From NCBI GenBank assembly GCA_035547615.1, contig DASZUN010000070.1, positions 11,511 through 75,510 of the forward strand: DNA of 64,000 bases, written 5' to 3'. The notes under the pieces are model-generated. The model worked only from the letters and a program-made list of their open reading frames with translations. It ran no database searches and was not told the DNA's origin. Origin of the DNA: Gemmatimonadaceae bacterium (GTDB lineage Bacteria; Gemmatimonadota; Gemmatimonadetes; Gemmatimonadales; Gemmatimonadaceae). This document shows, in pieces, positions 47,900 through 57,669 of this stretch (positions within the stretch are counted from its first letter, which is position 1; every line of letters starts with the position of its first letter). Both the position numbers and the translations under genes were made by a program.

Positions 47900-49311
47900 T
47901 CCGGCGCCGTGCCCTCGCTTCGCTCTGTTTGCTCCTCGCCGCGCCGGTCACGCTCGCGGCGCAGGCGTCGCGCTGCGAGCTGATCGGCAATCCGAACAAT
48001 CGACAGACCGCTGATACGCTCATGGGCGGCCGCAGCTTCGTCGGGGGCGGCGTGCTCGTGAAGTGCCCGAGCCGCGGCATCACGCTCCGCGGGGACAGCG
48101 CCGAGATCTACAAGGACCGCTACTACGTCGTCGGGCACGTGAGCTACAACGAGCCGCGGTTCAGCATGACGTCCGATTTTCTGAACTACTTCGTCGTCGA
48201 CGACCGGGTCGTCGCCGCCGGCAACGTCCACGCGAAGCTCCCCAGCGGCTCGACGCTCGTCGGGCCGCAAGCGGAATACGATCGCCCGATTCCCAACCGG
48301 CCCGATCGCCGCCGTCGACAGGTGCGCGCCATCGCTCGGCCGACGATCACCATCGTGCAGCCGGACTCGCAGGGCAAGCCGCAGCCGCCGATGACCGTCG
48401 TCGCAACGACGGTGTTCATGGACGGCGACAGTCTGATCTACGGCTCCGGCCAGGTCGTGATCACGCGGCCCAACATCACGGCGACGGCCGACTCGGCGTT
48501 CATCGATCAGGGCCGCGAGACCATGCGCCTGATGCGGAACCCGCAGCTCAACGGCAAGAAGGACCGCGCGTTCACGCTCACGGGCGACGTGATCGACATG
48601 TACTCCAAGAATCGCAAGCTCACGCGCGTGCTGGCCCGCGCGCACGCACGCGCCGTGAGCGATTCGCTGACGCTCAAGTCCGACACGATCGATCTGCGCG
48701 TGACCGACGACGTGCTCAATCACGCGTACGCGTGGGGCACGGGCAGCCGCGCGCAGGCGGTGTCGCCCTCGCAGAATCTCACCGCGGATTCCCTCGACGT
48801 GACGATGCCGAACCAGCAGGTGCGCCTCGTGCGAGCGCTGCGCACCGCGCTCGCGCAGGGGAAGCCCGCGGATACGGCCCGCTTTCACCTGGTGGCGCCG
48901 GACACGGTCGACTGGCTCGCGGGCGACACGATCACCGCGCACTTCGACACGGCGGCGACCAAGGACACGACGCGGACGCCCGTGATCCGGCGACTCGTGG
49001 CCGACGGACACGCGGCGGCCTGGTATCACATGGCGCCGAGCGACACGTCGGTCCACCTGCCGGCGATCAACCAGGTGAGCGCGCGCGTGATCACCATCGA
49101 CTTCGACAATCAGAAAGTCGCCACCGTGACGGCGCGCGACTCGGTGCAGGGCATCTACGTCGAGCCGCAACCGGACAGCACGGCGCGCAAGGCGAAGGCG
49201 GCGCAATCGGCGAAGCCGGGACAGGCGCCTGCCAAGAAGCCCCCCGCGGGTCAGAAGCCCGATAGCGGCGCCGTCCCGTCGCGGGTCCCTCTCCCACCGA
49301 AACGTCCGTGA
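47896..49311 (+). CDS. lptA: LptA/OstA-family periplasmic protein, oversized (471 aa) with a Pro/Lys/Ala-rich C-terminal tail
   Basis: Signal peptide MIRRRALASLCLLLAAPVTLAAQA. OstA-like strands recur along the protein (ITLRGDSAEIYKD..., ITATADSAFIDQ..., LKSDTIDLRV..., LTADSLDVTM...). Tail sequence KAKAAQSAKPGQAPAKKPPAGQKP. Confidence 0.6.
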   Translation: MIRRRALASLCLLLAAPVTLAAQASRCELIGNPNNRQTADTLMGGRSFVGGGVLVKCPSRGITLRGDSAEIYKDRYYVVGHVSYNEPRFSMTSDFLNYFVVDDRVVAAGNVHAKLPSGSTLVGPQAEYDRPIPNRPDRRRRQVRAIARPTITIVQPDSQGKPQPPMTVVATTVFMDGDSLIYGSGQVVITRPNITATADSAFIDQGRETMRLMRNPQLNGKKDRAFTLTGDVIDMYSKNRKLTRVLARAHARAVSDSLTLKSDTIDLRVTDDVLNHAYAWGTGSRAQAVSPSQNLTADSLDVTMPNQQVRLVRALRTALAQGKPADTARFHLVAPDTVDWLAGDTITAHFDTAATKDTTRTPVIRRLVADGHAAAWYHMAPSDTSVHLPAINQVSARVITIDFDNQKVATVTARDSVQGIYVEPQPDSTARKAKAAQSAKPGQAPAKKPPAGQKPDSGAVPSRVPLPPKRP

Positions 49312-50546
49312 CAGGACCTACCGAATCTTCACGCATTCGCGTGCTGGTGGACCAGCTCGCCCATGGCGACCGGTCCACGGCGCTGGCGCTCCACGCGCTG
49401 ATCAGCACCGCCGACGCGACCGGCCGCGCGGACTTCGATCAGGCCGTGCTGGCGTACCGGAACGACTACCTCGCGGCGCTCCGCGCCAGCGGGCGGGACG
49501 CTGAGCGCGAAGCCGGTCGCCTGAGTCTGGACGAGGTGCGCGACCACCTCGCGCGCTCGGTCCTCCCGCGGCTCGCCGCCGAGGGCGTGATCTCGCTCTC
49601 CGACAGCGCGCTCGGCGCCGGTGCTTCGGTCGCCTTCGCCGAGCGCGTGTGGGGCGAGATTGCCTCGGCCCGCGATGCCGTGGCGAGCGCGTTCCGGGAC
49701 ACCGGTGAGCATCCGCGCCCCGTGGCCGAAGCGGCGGCGCCGAGTAGTGCGGCGCCCGCGCCAACCGTCGGCGGAAGCGTCCTGGAGGCCCGAGGACTCG
49801 TCAAGACGTACCGCCGGCGCCGCGTGGTGAACGACGTGGCCCTTCGATTGCAACAGGGGGAGATTGTCGGACTGCTGGGGCCGAATGGCGCGGGGAAGAC
49901 GACGACGTTTTACATGATCGTCGGACTCATCGAACCACAGGCCGGCAAGATCGTGATGGACGGCGACGACATTACGTCGATGCCGATGTACAAGCGGGCG
50001 CGGCGGGGCATCGGGTACCTCTCCCAGGAGCCCTCCGTCTTCCGAAAGCTCTCGGTCGAAGACAACATCCTGGCGATCCTCGAAACGCTGGATCTGTCGT
50101 CGAGCGAGCGCCGAGCCCGTTTGGAGACGCTGCTGGACGAGTTGAGCATCAAGCACCTTCGGAACAGCAGGGCATTCGCGCTGTCCGGCGGTGAACGCCG
50201 CCGCCTCGAGATCACGCGCGCGCTGGTCACGCAGCCGAAGTTCATGATGCTGGACGAGCCCTTCGCCGGAGTCGATCCCATCGCGGTCCATGACATTCAA
50301 ACCATCGTTTCGGTCTTGCGACACCGGAACATCGGCGTGCTGATCAGCGACCACAATGTGGAGCAGACCCTGGACATCGTCGATCGAGCGTACATCATGT
50401 TCGATGGCCAGGTGAAAGTGTCGGGCACCGTCCGGGATCTCGTGTTCGACGATACCGTTGCGGACATCTATCTCGGCCCCACGCTCACGGCGCGACTCCG
50501 CGCCCGGTTCGCGGCGGCTGATGAAGGGGAACGACATCCGTCATGA
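49308..50546 (+). CDS. lptB: LPS export ABC transporter ATPase LptB, with an in-frame N-terminal extension of about 155 aa
   Basis: Contains GLLGPNGAGKTTTFYM, LSGGERRRLEITRAL and MLDEPFAGVDP. The track ORF starts at GTG 49308 (GTGA overlap with lptA). The nearest alternative in-frame start is GTG 49722. Confidence 0.88.
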   Translation: MTGPTESSRIRVLVDQLAHGDRSTALALHALISTADATGRADFDQAVLAYRNDYLAALRASGRDAEREAGRLSLDEVRDHLARSVLPRLAAEGVISLSDSALGAGASVAFAERVWGEIASARDAVASAFRDTGEHPRPVAEAAAPSSAAPAPTVGGSVLEARGLVKTYRRRRVVNDVALRLQQGEIVGLLGPNGAGKTTTFYMIVGLIEPQAGKIVMDGDDITSMPMYKRARRGIGYLSQEPSVFRKLSVEDNILAILETLDLSSSERRARLETLLDELSIKHLRNSRAFALSGGERRRLEITRALVTQPKFMMLDEPFAGVDPIAVHDIQTIVSVLRHRNIGVLISDHNVEQTLDIVDRAYIMFDGQVKVSGTVRDLVFDDTVADIYLGPTLTARLRARFAAADEGERHPS

Positions 50547-52009
50547 AAGCTGGACTCTCCCAGAACACGCAGCTGAAGCAGGAGCTGAAGATCAATCCTC
50601 GCCTCTACCAGGCGATGGACCTGCTCTACATGCCGCTTCTGGATCTCCAGCAGCACCTCAAGCAGGAACTGCTGAACAATCCCTTCCTCGACATGGTGGA
50701 ACCCGAGGAAGAGGAAGAAGAGTCGGAGGAAGAGACCGTCGAGGCCGAGGCCGCGCCGGAAGAAGAGAAAACCTCGAACGACGAGATCGACTGGGAGGAG
50801 ATTCTCCTCGACGGCTTCGACGCCGGCGGACGCCGCGAGGAGCACGAGGAGCGTGAGTACTATGAGCCCGTCACGGTCGACAGCCGCAATCTGTCCGACC
50901 ATCTGATGGACCAGATCACGCTGCTCGACCTCACGCCGCGCCAGCAATTCCTCGCCGACGAGTTCATCGGCAACATCAACGAGGACGGCTACCTCGCCTG
51001 CCCGGTCGAGCAGATCCTCGACGGCGTGAACGAGGAAGTGATCCGCGCCGCCGAGGCGGCCGATCGCGACACCGACGACCTGCCGCTCTACACACGGCGC
51101 GAAGTCGACGACATGCTCGCGATCATTCAGAATCTGGATCCGCCGGGCGTGGGCGCGCGCGACCTCCGCGAATGTCTCATGCTCCAGCTCCGCGAGGCGG
51201 GGCTCGAGCAGTCGGTGCCGTTCCGACTCGTCCGCGACTGCTTCGACGAATTGATCAACCACCGCTGGAGCGAGATCTCCAAGCGGTTCGGCATCAGCCC
51301 GGGTGACGTGCAGAAGGCGGCCGACGAGATCAAGAAACTCGACCCCAAGCCGGGGCTGCTGTACTCGGACGCGAGCGACAACTACATCATCCCCGACCTG
51401 ATCGTCGAGAAGATCGACGGCAAGTACCACGTCTTCCTCAACGACGCGAACCTGCCGCGGCTCAAGCTGAGCCGCGCCTATCAGGAGATCGCGCGCGACA
51501 AGAAGAAGTTCGAGGGCGAGAACAAGGAATTCATCTCGTCCAAGCTCAACTCGGCCAACTGGATGATCCAGGCGATCGAGCAGCGCCGGCAGACGATGCT
51601 CAAGGTCATGAACTACATCGTCGACCGGCAGCGCGACTTCTTCGAGAAGGGCGTGCAGCACCTCAAGCCGCTCACGCTCCGCGAGGTGGCCGAGGTGATC
51701 AACATGCACGAGTCCACCGTGAGCCGCGTGACGAACGAGAAGTTCGTGCAGACGCCGCGCGGCGTGCTGCCGCTCAAGTTCTTCTTCTCGTCGGGCCTCT
51801 CCACGACGCAGGGTGAGGACGTCTCGGCGCGCGGCATCAAGGCGCAGATCGAAAAGCTCGTCGCCGAGGAGGACCCGAAGCATCCGCTCACCGACCAGGC
51901 GATCGTGAACATCCTGAAGGAGAGCGGCGTACAGATCGCGCGGCGCACGGTCGCCAAGTATCGCGACCAGCTCGGCGTGCTCTCGGCCCGCATGCGCAAG
52001 CGAGTATGA
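50543..52009 (+). CDS. rpoN: RNA polymerase sigma-54 factor
   Basis: Contains the RpoN box ARRTVAKYR, an N-terminal Gln/Leu-rich region and an acidic linker. ATGA overlap with lptB. Confidence 0.93.
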   Translation: MKAGLSQNTQLKQELKINPRLYQAMDLLYMPLLDLQQHLKQELLNNPFLDMVEPEEEEEESEEETVEAEAAPEEEKTSNDEIDWEEILLDGFDAGGRREEHEEREYYEPVTVDSRNLSDHLMDQITLLDLTPRQQFLADEFIGNINEDGYLACPVEQILDGVNEEVIRAAEAADRDTDDLPLYTRREVDDMLAIIQNLDPPGVGARDLRECLMLQLREAGLEQSVPFRLVRDCFDELINHRWSEISKRFGISPGDVQKAADEIKKLDPKPGLLYSDASDNYIIPDLIVEKIDGKYHVFLNDANLPRLKLSRAYQEIARDKKKFEGENKEFISSKLNSANWMIQAIEQRRQTMLKVMNYIVDRQRDFFEKGVQHLKPLTLREVAEVINMHESTVSRVTNEKFVQTPRGVLPLKFFFSSGLSTTQGEDVSARGIKAQIEKLVAEEDPKHPLTDQAIVNILKESGVQIARRTVAKYRDQLGVLSARMRKRV

Positions 52010-53013
52010 CCCAGATGACCGGCGGCTCGGTGTCCGGCCAGTACGCGCCCTCCACAACCCGAGTTCCAGACACGGCGATCGACGTCTCGGTGCTCGTGCC
52101 GGCGAAGGACGAAGCCGAGAACCTGCCCCTGTTCATGGAGCAGGCGGCCGCGGCATTCGCGGGCCAGCCGCATCGCTACGAGGTCGTGGTCATCGACGAC
52201 GGGAGCGTGGACGGCACGTGGGCGGTGCTCCAGCAACTCGCGCAGCGCTACCCATTTCTGCGCCTGGCGCGGCACCGCGCCAAGCGCGGGATCGCCGATG
52301 CGCTCCGCACCGGGTATCTCAACGCGCGCGGCGACGTGCTCGTGTTCTATCCCGCCGACCTGCAGTTCAAGCCGGAAGACATCCCGCGGCTCACCGCGCC
52401 GATCCTCGCCGGTGAGTCGGACATGGTGACGGGCTTCAAGGAAGGGAAGTACGAGAAGGCGTTCGTCTCGGGAATCTACAATCGCCTGAGCCGCACGTTG
52501 TTCCACGTGCCCGTGAAGGATTTGAATTCTGTGAAGGCGTACCGTCGTGAGATCATGGACGCGCTGCCCGTCCGACCGGACTGGCATCGGTACATGATCG
52601 TGATTGCCGCCGCGCAGGGCTTCACGGTCACCGAGATCCCGGTGCCGCTCTATCCGCGCCACGCCGGGAAATCGAAGTTCGGCCTGTCGCGGATTCCTGT
52701 CGGCGTGCTCGACATGCTCGCCGTCTGGTTCGAGCTGCGCTTCGGGCAGAAGCCGCTGCTGCTGTTCGGCATGCTCGGCGCCGGGCTCTTCGCACTGGGG
52801 GCGCTCGCCGGAATCGTCGCGCTCGTCGTCTACTTCGCCGCGCACGTGGGCGTCCGCGCGGTGTGGACGCTCATTCAGACCTGCCTGATCCTCGGCAGCA
52901 TCTTCTTCTCGACGGGGCTGATCGGCGAGCAGATCGCCGGGCAGCGCGCGCAGCTCCGGGAGATCCGGCGGCAGCTCGACGAAGCCGCCGCCGATCGCAT
53001 CAAAGAACGCTGA
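52006..53013 (+). CDS. GT2 polyprenyl-phosphate glycosyltransferase (GtrB/CsbB/ArnC-like, with two C-terminal TM helices)
   Basis: Contains VLVPAKDEAENL, VVVIDDGSVDGT and a DxD-type region, plus a C-terminal pair of TM helices. ATGA overlap with rpoN. Confidence 0.8.
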   Translation: MTQMTGGSVSGQYAPSTTRVPDTAIDVSVLVPAKDEAENLPLFMEQAAAAFAGQPHRYEVVVIDDGSVDGTWAVLQQLAQRYPFLRLARHRAKRGIADALRTGYLNARGDVLVFYPADLQFKPEDIPRLTAPILAGESDMVTGFKEGKYEKAFVSGIYNRLSRTLFHVPVKDLNSVKAYRREIMDALPVRPDWHRYMIVIAAAQGFTVTEIPVPLYPRHAGKSKFGLSRIPVGVLDMLAVWFELRFGQKPLLLFGMLGAGLFALGALAGIVALVVYFAAHVGVRAVWTLIQTCLILGSIFFSTGLIGEQIAGQRAQLREIRRQLDEAAADRIKER

Positions 53014-53017
53014 CCGC

Positions 53018-54187
53018 ATGAAAGTTCTCTTTCTGACGCACTCGTTCCCGCGTCATTCCGGCGATGCCGCCGGCTCGTTCGTGCTCCGCCTCGCGATGGC
53101 GCTGCGCACCGAAGGCATCGACACGAGCGTCGTCGCGCCCTCGGCGCCCGACCTCTCCGGGCGGGAGTCGCTCGACGGCATCGAAGTCGACCGCTTCCAC
53201 TACGCGCCCCGGCGCTTCGAGACGCTGGCGTATACCGGGACCATGGCCGAGCAGGTGAAGTCGTCCTGGGGCGCCAAGGTCACGATGCTCGGCTTCCTCG
53301 GCGCGGAGTTCCGCGCGTCCGTGCACGCGCGCCGCACGTTCCAGCCGGACGTGGTGCACGCGCACTGGTGGTTTCCGAACGGCCTCGTGGGCACGTGGCT
53401 GAGTCGCATGGCCAACAAGCCACTGGTCACCACGCTGCACGGCACCGACGTCCGGCTCGCGCGCGCCGTCGCATTCGCGCGCCCGGGCTTCCGGCACGTG
53501 ATGCAGCATTCGGCGGCAGTCACCGCCGTCTCGCGGTGGCTGGCGGCGGAAGCGCAGGAGATCGTCTCCGCGCCCGCGCCGACCGTCGCGCCCATGCCGG
53601 TGGCCGTGGAGCTGTTCACGCCCGGCGGCTCGCGCGAGCACAAGCGGCTGTTGTTCGTCGGCCGGTTGAACAAGCAGAAGGGCATCGAGGTGCTGCTCCA
53701 CGCGTTGAGCCGCATCCCGGACGATTCTGTGAAGCTCGACATCGTGGGCGACGGCGAAGATCGCGAAGCCCTGCGCGAGCTCGCGCGCGCCCTCGGGATC
53801 GGCGAGCGGGTCGAATGGCACGGTGCGCTGCCGCAGCAGGCGCTCGCGGAGTACTATCGCCGCGCCGCGGCGCTCGTCGTCCCGTCGGTCGGCGAGGGCC
53901 TCGGACTGGTCGCCGTCGAAGCCCAATTGTGCGAAACGCCCGTGGTGGCGTTTGAATCGGGCGGGTTGCCGGATATCGTACAGCACGACCGAACAGGGAT
54001 CCTCGTGCCGGAGGTCGACGCGGGGGCCCTGGCGGCGGCGATAGTGTCGCTCCTCGAGCGTGACGACCGGGGAGCCGCGCTGGGCGCCGCCGGCCGACTG
54101 CACGCCCTCGCCACCTTCGCCCCCGAGTCGGTTGCCCGACGCTACGCCGACATCTACCGCGCCGCCATCGCCGCCTCGCCGGCGTAA
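53018..54187 (+). CDS. GT4-family glycosyltransferase
   Basis: N-terminus MKVLFLTHSFPRHSGDAAGSFV. The C-terminal E-x7-E region reads PSVGEGLGLVAVEAQLCETPVVA. Confidence 0.8.
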   Translation: MKVLFLTHSFPRHSGDAAGSFVLRLAMALRTEGIDTSVVAPSAPDLSGRESLDGIEVDRFHYAPRRFETLAYTGTMAEQVKSSWGAKVTMLGFLGAEFRASVHARRTFQPDVVHAHWWFPNGLVGTWLSRMANKPLVTTLHGTDVRLARAVAFARPGFRHVMQHSAAVTAVSRWLAAEAQEIVSAPAPTVAPMPVAVELFTPGGSREHKRLLFVGRLNKQKGIEVLLHALSRIPDDSVKLDIVGDGEDREALRELARALGIGERVEWHGALPQQALAEYYRRAAALVVPSVGEGLGLVAVEAQLCETPVVAFESGGLPDIVQHDRTGILVPEVDAGALAAAIVSLLERDDRGAALGAAGRLHALATFAPESVARRYADIYRAAIAASPA

Positions 54188-55142
54188 CCCGTGGGTCCTG
54201 GCCGGCCAGCTCCTGCTGGCCGGCATCGTCGTCTACTTCATCGTGGCTTCGGTCCACCGGCAGTGGGCCGATCTGCGCGCGCACTGGAATGGTGCGCATC
54301 CGTCCTGGGCACTCGTCGCCGCGTCCGCCGCGGTCGTGCTGGCGACCTATCTCGTACTGATCGAGACGTGGCGCGCGATCATCCGCCACTGGGGCGGCGA
54401 GATCGCGTTCGGTGAGGCGGCCCGCGTCTGGTTCGCGTCGAACCTCGCGAAGTACATCCCTGGCGGCGTCGCGCAGCTCGGCGCGATCGGGGTCATGGCG
54501 CGGAGCGAACGACTGAGCGGCGTCGCCGCGAGCGGCGCGGCGGTGCTCAACGTCCTCGTGAACCTCGCCACCGGCATCGCCATCGCGTTGCTCGTCGGCG
54601 CCAGCGCCCTGCGACGTGTGAATCCGAATTATGAAATTCTCGCCGCGGCACTGGGGGGGGTGTTCCTCGTCGGGCTGGTCCTCGCCCCACGCCTGCTGCC
54701 GCGCGTCGTCGCGGTTGCGGCGCGTCTCACCGGACGCGAACTGCGCCTCGATCGCCTTCCGCCGCGCGCGCTTGTCGATTCCGCGATCGGGAACGTCGTC
54801 GCCTGGATCGGGTATGGCGCCGCGCTGCAGCTGCTCGTCGTCGCATTGCTCGGCAGTCGCGGCGGGAGCCTGATCGACTACGTCGCGGCTTTCGCCGCGG
54901 CATACGTGGTCGGTTATCTTGTCCTCGTCATGCCGGGCGGACTCGGCGCGCGTGAGTTGACCCTGGTCGGGGTCCTGCCCGTGCTCGTCCCGACCATCAG
55001 CGCCGTCGAAGCCGGATTCGTGGCGATCGTTTCGCGCGTGATCATGACGGTGCTCGACCTCGTCCCCGGTTTCCTCTATCTCGCCCACTCGGCGACGCTC
55101 CGGCGGCGCCAGGAGAAAGCCCCCCGCGATGGCCACACCTAA
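54060..55142 (+). CDS. UPF0104 / LPG_synthase_TM flippase-like membrane protein
   Basis: Polytopic protein with the KYIPGGVAQLG motif typical of this family. The start is uncertain: ATG 54060 overlaps the GT4 gene by 128 nt, and TTG 54132 is an alternative. Confidence 0.6.
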   Translation: MTTGEPRWAPPADCTPSPPSPPSRLPDATPTSTAPPSPPRRRNPWVLAGQLLLAGIVVYFIVASVHRQWADLRAHWNGAHPSWALVAASAAVVLATYLVLIETWRAIIRHWGGEIAFGEAARVWFASNLAKYIPGGVAQLGAIGVMARSERLSGVAASGAAVLNVLVNLATGIAIALLVGASALRRVNPNYEILAAALGGVFLVGLVLAPRLLPRVVAVAARLTGRELRLDRLPPRALVDSAIGNVVAWIGYGAALQLLVVALLGSRGGSLIDYVAAFAAAYVVGYLVLVMPGGLGARELTLVGVLPVLVPTISAVEAGFVAIVSRVIMTVLDLVPGFLYLAHSATLRRRQEKAPRDGHT

Positions 55143-57669
55143 GGACGCGCCCCGCCGCTCCGCGCCGCCGCTCGCACTCGAGGATCGCGCGCCCCGACAC
55201 GCGACGCTCTGGGCCGCGCTCGTCTACGCCGCCAGCACGATGCTGCTCGGCTATCCTGCCCTCGTCGGAAGATTCCTCGTCAACCCGCGCAGCGACCAGT
55301 ACATCGCCGGCTACGCCTTCCGGGAGTACGCGGCGCAGTGGCTCAAGAGCGGCCACGGGTTCCCACAGTGGAATCCGTTCCTGCAGGGCGGCCTCCCGTA
55401 CATCGCCGCCATGCACGGCGACATCTTCTATCCCACGTTCCTGCTGCGGATGATCATGCCCACGGACGCCGCGATGACGTGGGAGTTCGTGATCCATCTC
55501 TTCCTCGCGGGGCTGTTCACCTACCTGTTTCTTCGCGCGTGGCGGTTCGGGTTCTGGCCGTCGCTGATCGGCGGGCTCGCCTACATGATGGGCGGGGCGG
55601 TGGCGGGGCTCGCGTCGCCGGGGCACGACGGCAAGTTGTTCGTCGAGGCCCTCACGCCGCTCGGATTGCTGCTCGTCACACGGAGCGTGCGCGACGGCCG
55701 GACCTGGGCGTGGGGCACGTTCGCCCTCGTCGTGGGACTCGCGTTCCTGTCGCCGCACCCGCAGCTCTTTGAGTATTTTCTCATACTCGCCGGCTGCTTC
55801 GCGCTCTACGTGGCGTTCGCGAATCACCCGGGCACGGGGAAGCTCGAGCGCAACGTGGCGATCAAGCGGCTCGCCATCGCGCTCGGCTGTGTGGTGCTCG
55901 GGGTGCTGATCGGCGCCGTGCAGTACTGGCCGTCGCTGCTCGAGTACAAGCCATGGTCGCCGCGGGCGGGCGGCCACAGTTGGGCCGATGCCACGAGCTA
56001 CTCGTATCCGATTGAGGAAATCCTCAACTGGTACTGGCCGCAGTTCTCGGGGATCCTCGACAACTACTGGGGCCAGAACGGCATTCACCTGCACAGCGAC
56101 TACTTCGGCGTGATCGCGCTCGTCCTCGCGGGCGCCGCCTTCGGCAAGAGCGAGCGATCGAGCTTCCGCCGGTTCTGGTGGATCACCGGACTGGTGTCGC
56201 TCATCTGGGCGCTGGGCGGCTTCACGCCGTTCTATCACGTGATCATGGCCATCGTCCCGATGACCAAGTACCTGCGCGCGCCGAGCACGATGATCTACGT
56301 GACGTCGCTGTCGGTCGCGGTGCTCGCGGCGGTGGGCATCGAGCGCATCGCGGCGGGGAGACTGTCGCCGACGTATGCGCTGTCGTGGATCGCGGCCGGC
56401 GCCATCTTCGCCATTCTGATGTCCGTGGGTGGGTACACCGGCTTGTCGAACGCCGCGATCGACGCGGGCGCGAGTCACCTCGTGGCGGTCAACGGATACC
56501 CGCCGGAAGCGCACGCTCAGTTCGTCGGCATGTTCGCGCCCAAGGCGGAGGCCAACACGGGGCAAGCGATCTTCGGCGTCTGGCGCTCGTTCCTGTTCGT
56601 GCTCCTCGGGGCCGGCGTGCTCTGGGCGCTTGCGATGGATCGCGTGAAACTCCGGGCCGCGGCAATCGCGCTCGTGGTCCTGCTCGCGGTCGATCTCTGG
56701 TCGATCGAGCGTTTGTACTGGATCTTCTCGCCCCCGGCGTCCCAGCTCTTCACGAGCGACGCCGCGATCGACGCGATCAAGGCGGATATCGCCAAGAACG
56801 GCCCCGCACGGGTGCAGAATCCGACGATCGGCGGCGACCGCATGGCGCTCGAGCTCGGGCGAACGGACCGCGCGTTCACCGGCGACAAGCTGATGATCTT
56901 CGGGCTGCGCCTCGACACCGGCTATCACGGCAACGAGCTCGGGATGTACGACCGGCTCACCGCGCTGTCGACGCCGGACTCGTTGCCGATCCGGTACACA
57001 CCACAATTCTGGCGCCACGAGAACGTGCGCTACTGGTACACGGTCCTCGGCGACACCGACATGTACAAGCTGTCCCTGCAGCTCAGGGTGCCGCCGTTCA
57101 CGAAGCTCGCCGGCCCGGTGAAGGACGCCGCCGGCTCGACGGTCTACGCGTACAAGCTGCCGGAACCCGATCCCGCCGCCTGGGTGGCGTCCGCGATCAT
57201 CAAGGCGCCGCAGGATCGCGCCCTCGGCGCGGTGCTCGATCCCTCGTTCAATCCTGCCACCGTCGCCGTCGCGGACACGTCGGCGACGAACGTTCAAGGT
57301 GCGCAGCTCCAGGCGCTGCCCGCGGCGACCACCACCACGGCGAACGTGACCTCGTACGCGCCCGGCGCGATCGACGTGGCCTTGAGCCAGCCCGCCGCGG
57401 CGGGGCAGGCGCTCGTCGTATCGGAGAACTACTACCCGGGCTGGCAGGCCACGGTCGACGGCAAGCCGGCGCCAGTAGGATTGATGAATTATAATTTGGT
57501 AGGCGTCGCGCTGCCGCAGGGGGCGCGGGCGGTGCAGCTCCGCTTCGTCGACGCCGCGTACGAGAAGGGCAAGATCGTCACGTGGATCGCGCTCCTGCTC
57601 GCGATCGCGTGGTTGGCCTTCGGTGTCGTCGTCGACCGTCGAACAGGACAGGCGTATGCAACCGCGTAG
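55129..57669 (+). CDS. YfhO-family GT-C-type membrane protein (846 aa)
   Basis: The N-terminal loop SDQYIAGYAFREYAAQWLKSGHGFPQWNPFLQGGLPY is followed by more than 10 TM helices and a large C-terminal extracytoplasmic domain. This matches the YfhO pattern as I recall it. Confidence 0.6.
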   Translation: MATPKDAPRRSAPPLALEDRAPRHATLWAALVYAASTMLLGYPALVGRFLVNPRSDQYIAGYAFREYAAQWLKSGHGFPQWNPFLQGGLPYIAAMHGDIFYPTFLLRMIMPTDAAMTWEFVIHLFLAGLFTYLFLRAWRFGFWPSLIGGLAYMMGGAVAGLASPGHDGKLFVEALTPLGLLLVTRSVRDGRTWAWGTFALVVGLAFLSPHPQLFEYFLILAGCFALYVAFANHPGTGKLERNVAIKRLAIALGCVVLGVLIGAVQYWPSLLEYKPWSPRAGGHSWADATSYSYPIEEILNWYWPQFSGILDNYWGQNGIHLHSDYFGVIALVLAGAAFGKSERSSFRRFWWITGLVSLIWALGGFTPFYHVIMAIVPMTKYLRAPSTMIYVTSLSVAVLAAVGIERIAAGRLSPTYALSWIAAGAIFAILMSVGGYTGLSNAAIDAGASHLVAVNGYPPEAHAQFVGMFAPKAEANTGQAIFGVWRSFLFVLLGAGVLWALAMDRVKLRAAAIALVVLLAVDLWSIERLYWIFSPPASQLFTSDAAIDAIKADIAKNGPARVQNPTIGGDRMALELGRTDRAFTGDKLMIFGLRLDTGYHGNELGMYDRLTALSTPDSLPIRYTPQFWRHENVRYWYTVLGDTDMYKLSLQLRVPPFTKLAGPVKDAAGSTVYAYKLPEPDPAAWVASAIIKAPQDRALGAVLDPSFNPATVAVADTSATNVQGAQLQALPAATTTTANVTSYAPGAIDVALSQPAAAGQALVVSENYYPGWQATVDGKPAPVGLMNYNLVGVALPQGARAVQLRFVDAAYEKGKIVTWIALLLAIAWLAFGVVVDRRTGQAYATA

